Assembly: GCF_009914755.1 (NCBI RefSeq)
Contig: NC_060941.1
Length of the DNA stretch: 64,000 nt
Origin: the human T2T-CHM13v2.0 reference genome, Homo sapiens
Reading direction: 5' to 3' (one strand)
The position numbers and the translations under genes were made by a program. Within the stretch, counting starts at the first letter, position 1. Each line of letters opens with the position of its first letter. Shown here piece after piece: positions 61,869-64,000 of this stretch. Under the pieces are notes generated by a model. The model saw only the letters and a list, made by a program, of their open reading frames with translations. It ran no database searches and was not told the origin of the DNA.

Positions 61869-62860
61869 CTTTACATCTCTTTGGCAACAATAACTTAAAA
61901 TCACCCAACTTCCATTCGCTCCAACCACAGCAGTTAGTTAGTTACAAAAATATTCCCTGTGCTGCCCTGCCCCCAGCTCCACCCCTTCCCCACCATCCCT
62001 CTCCCTGTAGGCAGGAGCCCCCCAACACTGACTGCGGGGCATGGCCCCCACTCTCCTTTGGCAGCTGGGGCACAGGACCAGATACTGCCCCACAGAGGGG
62101 AGCTGCCTGCACGGTCCTGCCAAGGGCACCTCTAGAACGGGGCCCACGGGGCAGGAGTACAGCCTGGAAGCCCCTCCACCCCTGATCTTTTGGGCTGCCC
62201 ACCGTGGCCACAGCGGGACCCAGGTGGGAGCAGCCTGTTCCCTGTGGGAAGGGTGGGCTTACGGGTCTAGCTGAGTCAGTGAAGGGGAAACAGCCACGGA
62301 CTTTGAGATAAGGGCAGCGGAAACAGGACCGACACGGGCGCCCAGGGCCACTCCTTGCCCTGAGCCACCAGGAACCAGGCAAGGGTGGGGGCACAGGGGG
62401 TGGGAAGAGGCTCACAAACCTGCCAGTGTCTCGGGGCCATGCCTCGTCCTGGTTTAAGTGTCCTGTGAGCACACCGGAGGAGCTGCCGGATGGGGCATGC
62501 GGGTCCTCCGAGGCCAGGCAGGCAGGGCAGAGGGTGGGGGCCGCCGTGCCCAGGGGCACTGGCCCCTTTTGAGTGTGTATGTGTGTACAGACACCCACTG
62601 TGGCTCCAGGCGCCCCCAGGGGCTAGCAGCAAGCCTAAAAGCCCAGACGAATTCTGCCTCTGGGGCGGAGCATGGCCGATCTACCATCCAGGGCCTCTCA
62701 TCCCACGGGCTTCTCCAGGACACCGCGTGGGGCAGAGGCACCTGAATCTGCTGCCAACAGCCACCAGGACGTGGTCCCCACCTTCTCGGTCACCATCCTC
62801 GCTGCTGCCTGGCAGGGGCTCCGGTGACGCCAGCCTTGAGGGGCAGGAGCTGCCCAGGTC

Positions 62861-62901
62861 TCAAGCCTCTTTACTCTCACCCCCGGCACCAGCTTCAGGT
62901 C
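62861..62901 (-). CDS. AATK: AATK last coding exon: (G)PEAGAGGESKEA*
   Basis: Minus strand reads ttgccag|GA CCT GAA GCT GGT GCC GGG GGT GAG AGT AAA GAG GCT TGA; phase matches the upstream exon. Confidence 0.92.
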
Positions 62902-63111
62902 CTGGCAAGCAGGACAACAAAGTGAACACAGGGTTCTGAGACACCAGGGCTGCCTCCCCCGCAACTCCCACCTGGCCTCCATCCCTGGCCCACATACAGG
63001 CCGGGCCCCTTCCCTGCAGCAGATCTGGCTGTGTCTAGGTGAGAGATGGACCCATTTCCCCCACTCCTGTCACTGGACTCAGGCCAACAACTCTCAGCAA
63101 ATGCCTCCGAG

Positions 63112-63180
63112 TCCTGTTTTATGCATAAGGAAACTGAGGCCTGAACAGGAAGGGGATGGCCAAGGTCATGCAGTGGCCTC
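63112..63180 (-). mobile_element. MIR fragment
   Basis: ttttatgcataaggaaactgaggc...gccaaggtcatgcag resembles the reverse MIR core. Confidence 0.55.
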
Positions 63181-63584
63181 CTGGTGACCTGCCTGCTTGT
63201 TCAGCCACACAGGGGGCACCCTGCACCAGGGGTGAGGCTGACAGGCCCTTCCCCCAGGGCTGCAGCCACAGGCCAGGACAGCTAGGGAAGAGGAAGCTGG
63301 CAGGGGGCCTTCTCCGAGGAGGTGGGCACTTGTCAGGCACGTGGGCAGAGGCTGTAGGGGTAGGGACACCTGGCAGAGATGAGCCCAGCCTGGGGTGGGG
63401 CGGATAGTGGAGGGCCATGGCCGGGAGCGGTGGCTCAGGCCCCCAGCAGGGCTCCACCTGGGCACCGTGGGGCCGGGGCACCGTGGGACCTGGGTCTGCA
63501 GGGACTTCTGGCTGGGAAGGTTCCGGTGAGAGGGCCTGCCGCAGGTCTGCGGGGTAGGGTCAGGCAGAGGAGAGCCGAGTGCAG

Positions 63585-63665
63585 GGGCCAGGTGAGGGCC
63601 AGGTGAGGGTCAGGTGAGGGTCAGGTGAGGGCCAGGCGAGGGCCAGGCGGGGTCCAGGCTAGGTC
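63585..63665. repeat. 11-bp tandem repeat (GGGYCAGGYGA)n in the last AATK intron
   Basis: Direct reading, about 6 copies. Confidence 0.8.
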
Positions 63666-64000
63666 TGGGGCCGGGAAGGAGCGGAGCGGAGCGGAGCCGG
63701 GGCTGGCCCGGCCCAGGACCTAGACGGAGGGGCCCCACCCTCGGAGCTCCGTGCCCTGCCTCCCGCGTGCCCTACCTCTCGCGTGCCCTTCTGCCACAGC
63801 CCCGCCCAGGCCTCACCTCTCTTGGACTCGGCGTCCGAGTCAGACACGTGCGTGATGGAGAAGCGGGACGTGGGCGCGGGCGACACCGTGAAGCGCGAGA
63901 AGGGAGCGGGCGTGGGCGTGGGCGCAGCCGGGGCGGGTGCGGCCGGGTCTAGGGCCATGGCGAAGGCTGCCTTGGCCGTCATCAGCGGGAAGTCGTCGTC
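63650..64000. promoter_or_regulatory. CpG-rich island-like region over the AATK 3' coding exon
   Basis: Visibly high CpG density and GC content; intragenic; not quantified. Confidence 0.55.
63817..64000 (-). CDS. AATK: AATK penultimate coding exon (partial, runs off the window): DDDFPLMTAKAAFAMALDPAAPAPAAPTPTPAPFSRFTVSPAPTSRFSITHVSDSDAESKR(G)
   Basis: ORF 63659..63982; gtgagg donor on the minus strand at 63816; LMTK-family C-terminal SRFTVSP/SRFSITHVSDSD motifs. Confidence 0.93.

Noticed and set aside
62902-63816. AATK intronic microRNAs (miR-338 cluster)
   Set aside because: I recall these lying in more 5' AATK introns outside this window, and I saw no matching hairpin here.

Overview
Human (primate, Alu-containing) GC-rich genomic DNA. 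The window covers most of BAIAP2 (IRSp53, I-BAR/IMD-CRIB-SH3 adaptor) on the + strand, from intron 2 to its 3' end. It also contains the last two coding exons and 3' UTR of the convergent gene AATK (LMTK1/AATYK) on the - strand. I located 11 shared BAIAP2 coding exons with GT-AG boundaries and consistent phases; exon numbers 3-13 come from my recollection of the gene structure. I also located the alternative 3' exons giving the C-termini ...SGSGTLVSTV, ...SADVEVARF, ...NDRSAPLLS and ...ARTLAGR. The introns hold about 10 Alu elements, old L1/MIR/L2 fragments and several tandem repeats. Almost all other ORFs in the track are GC-rich or repeat-derived noise. This is a well-studied locus and I found no new protein-coding system. 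The most interesting candidates are RNA-level or structural: a perfect, adenine-free 16-bp x18 repeat; an AG|GTAAG recursive-splice-like site in intron 6; a poly(A) signal overlapping a predicted branch point; a predicted NMD coupling between alternative 3' exons; an in-frame stop-free intron 8; a possible internal AP-1/GC-box promoter; an RBFOX/5'-splice-site-rich minisatellite; a kappaB-like minisatellite; and a diverged local duplication. All are hypotheses from sequence reading only.
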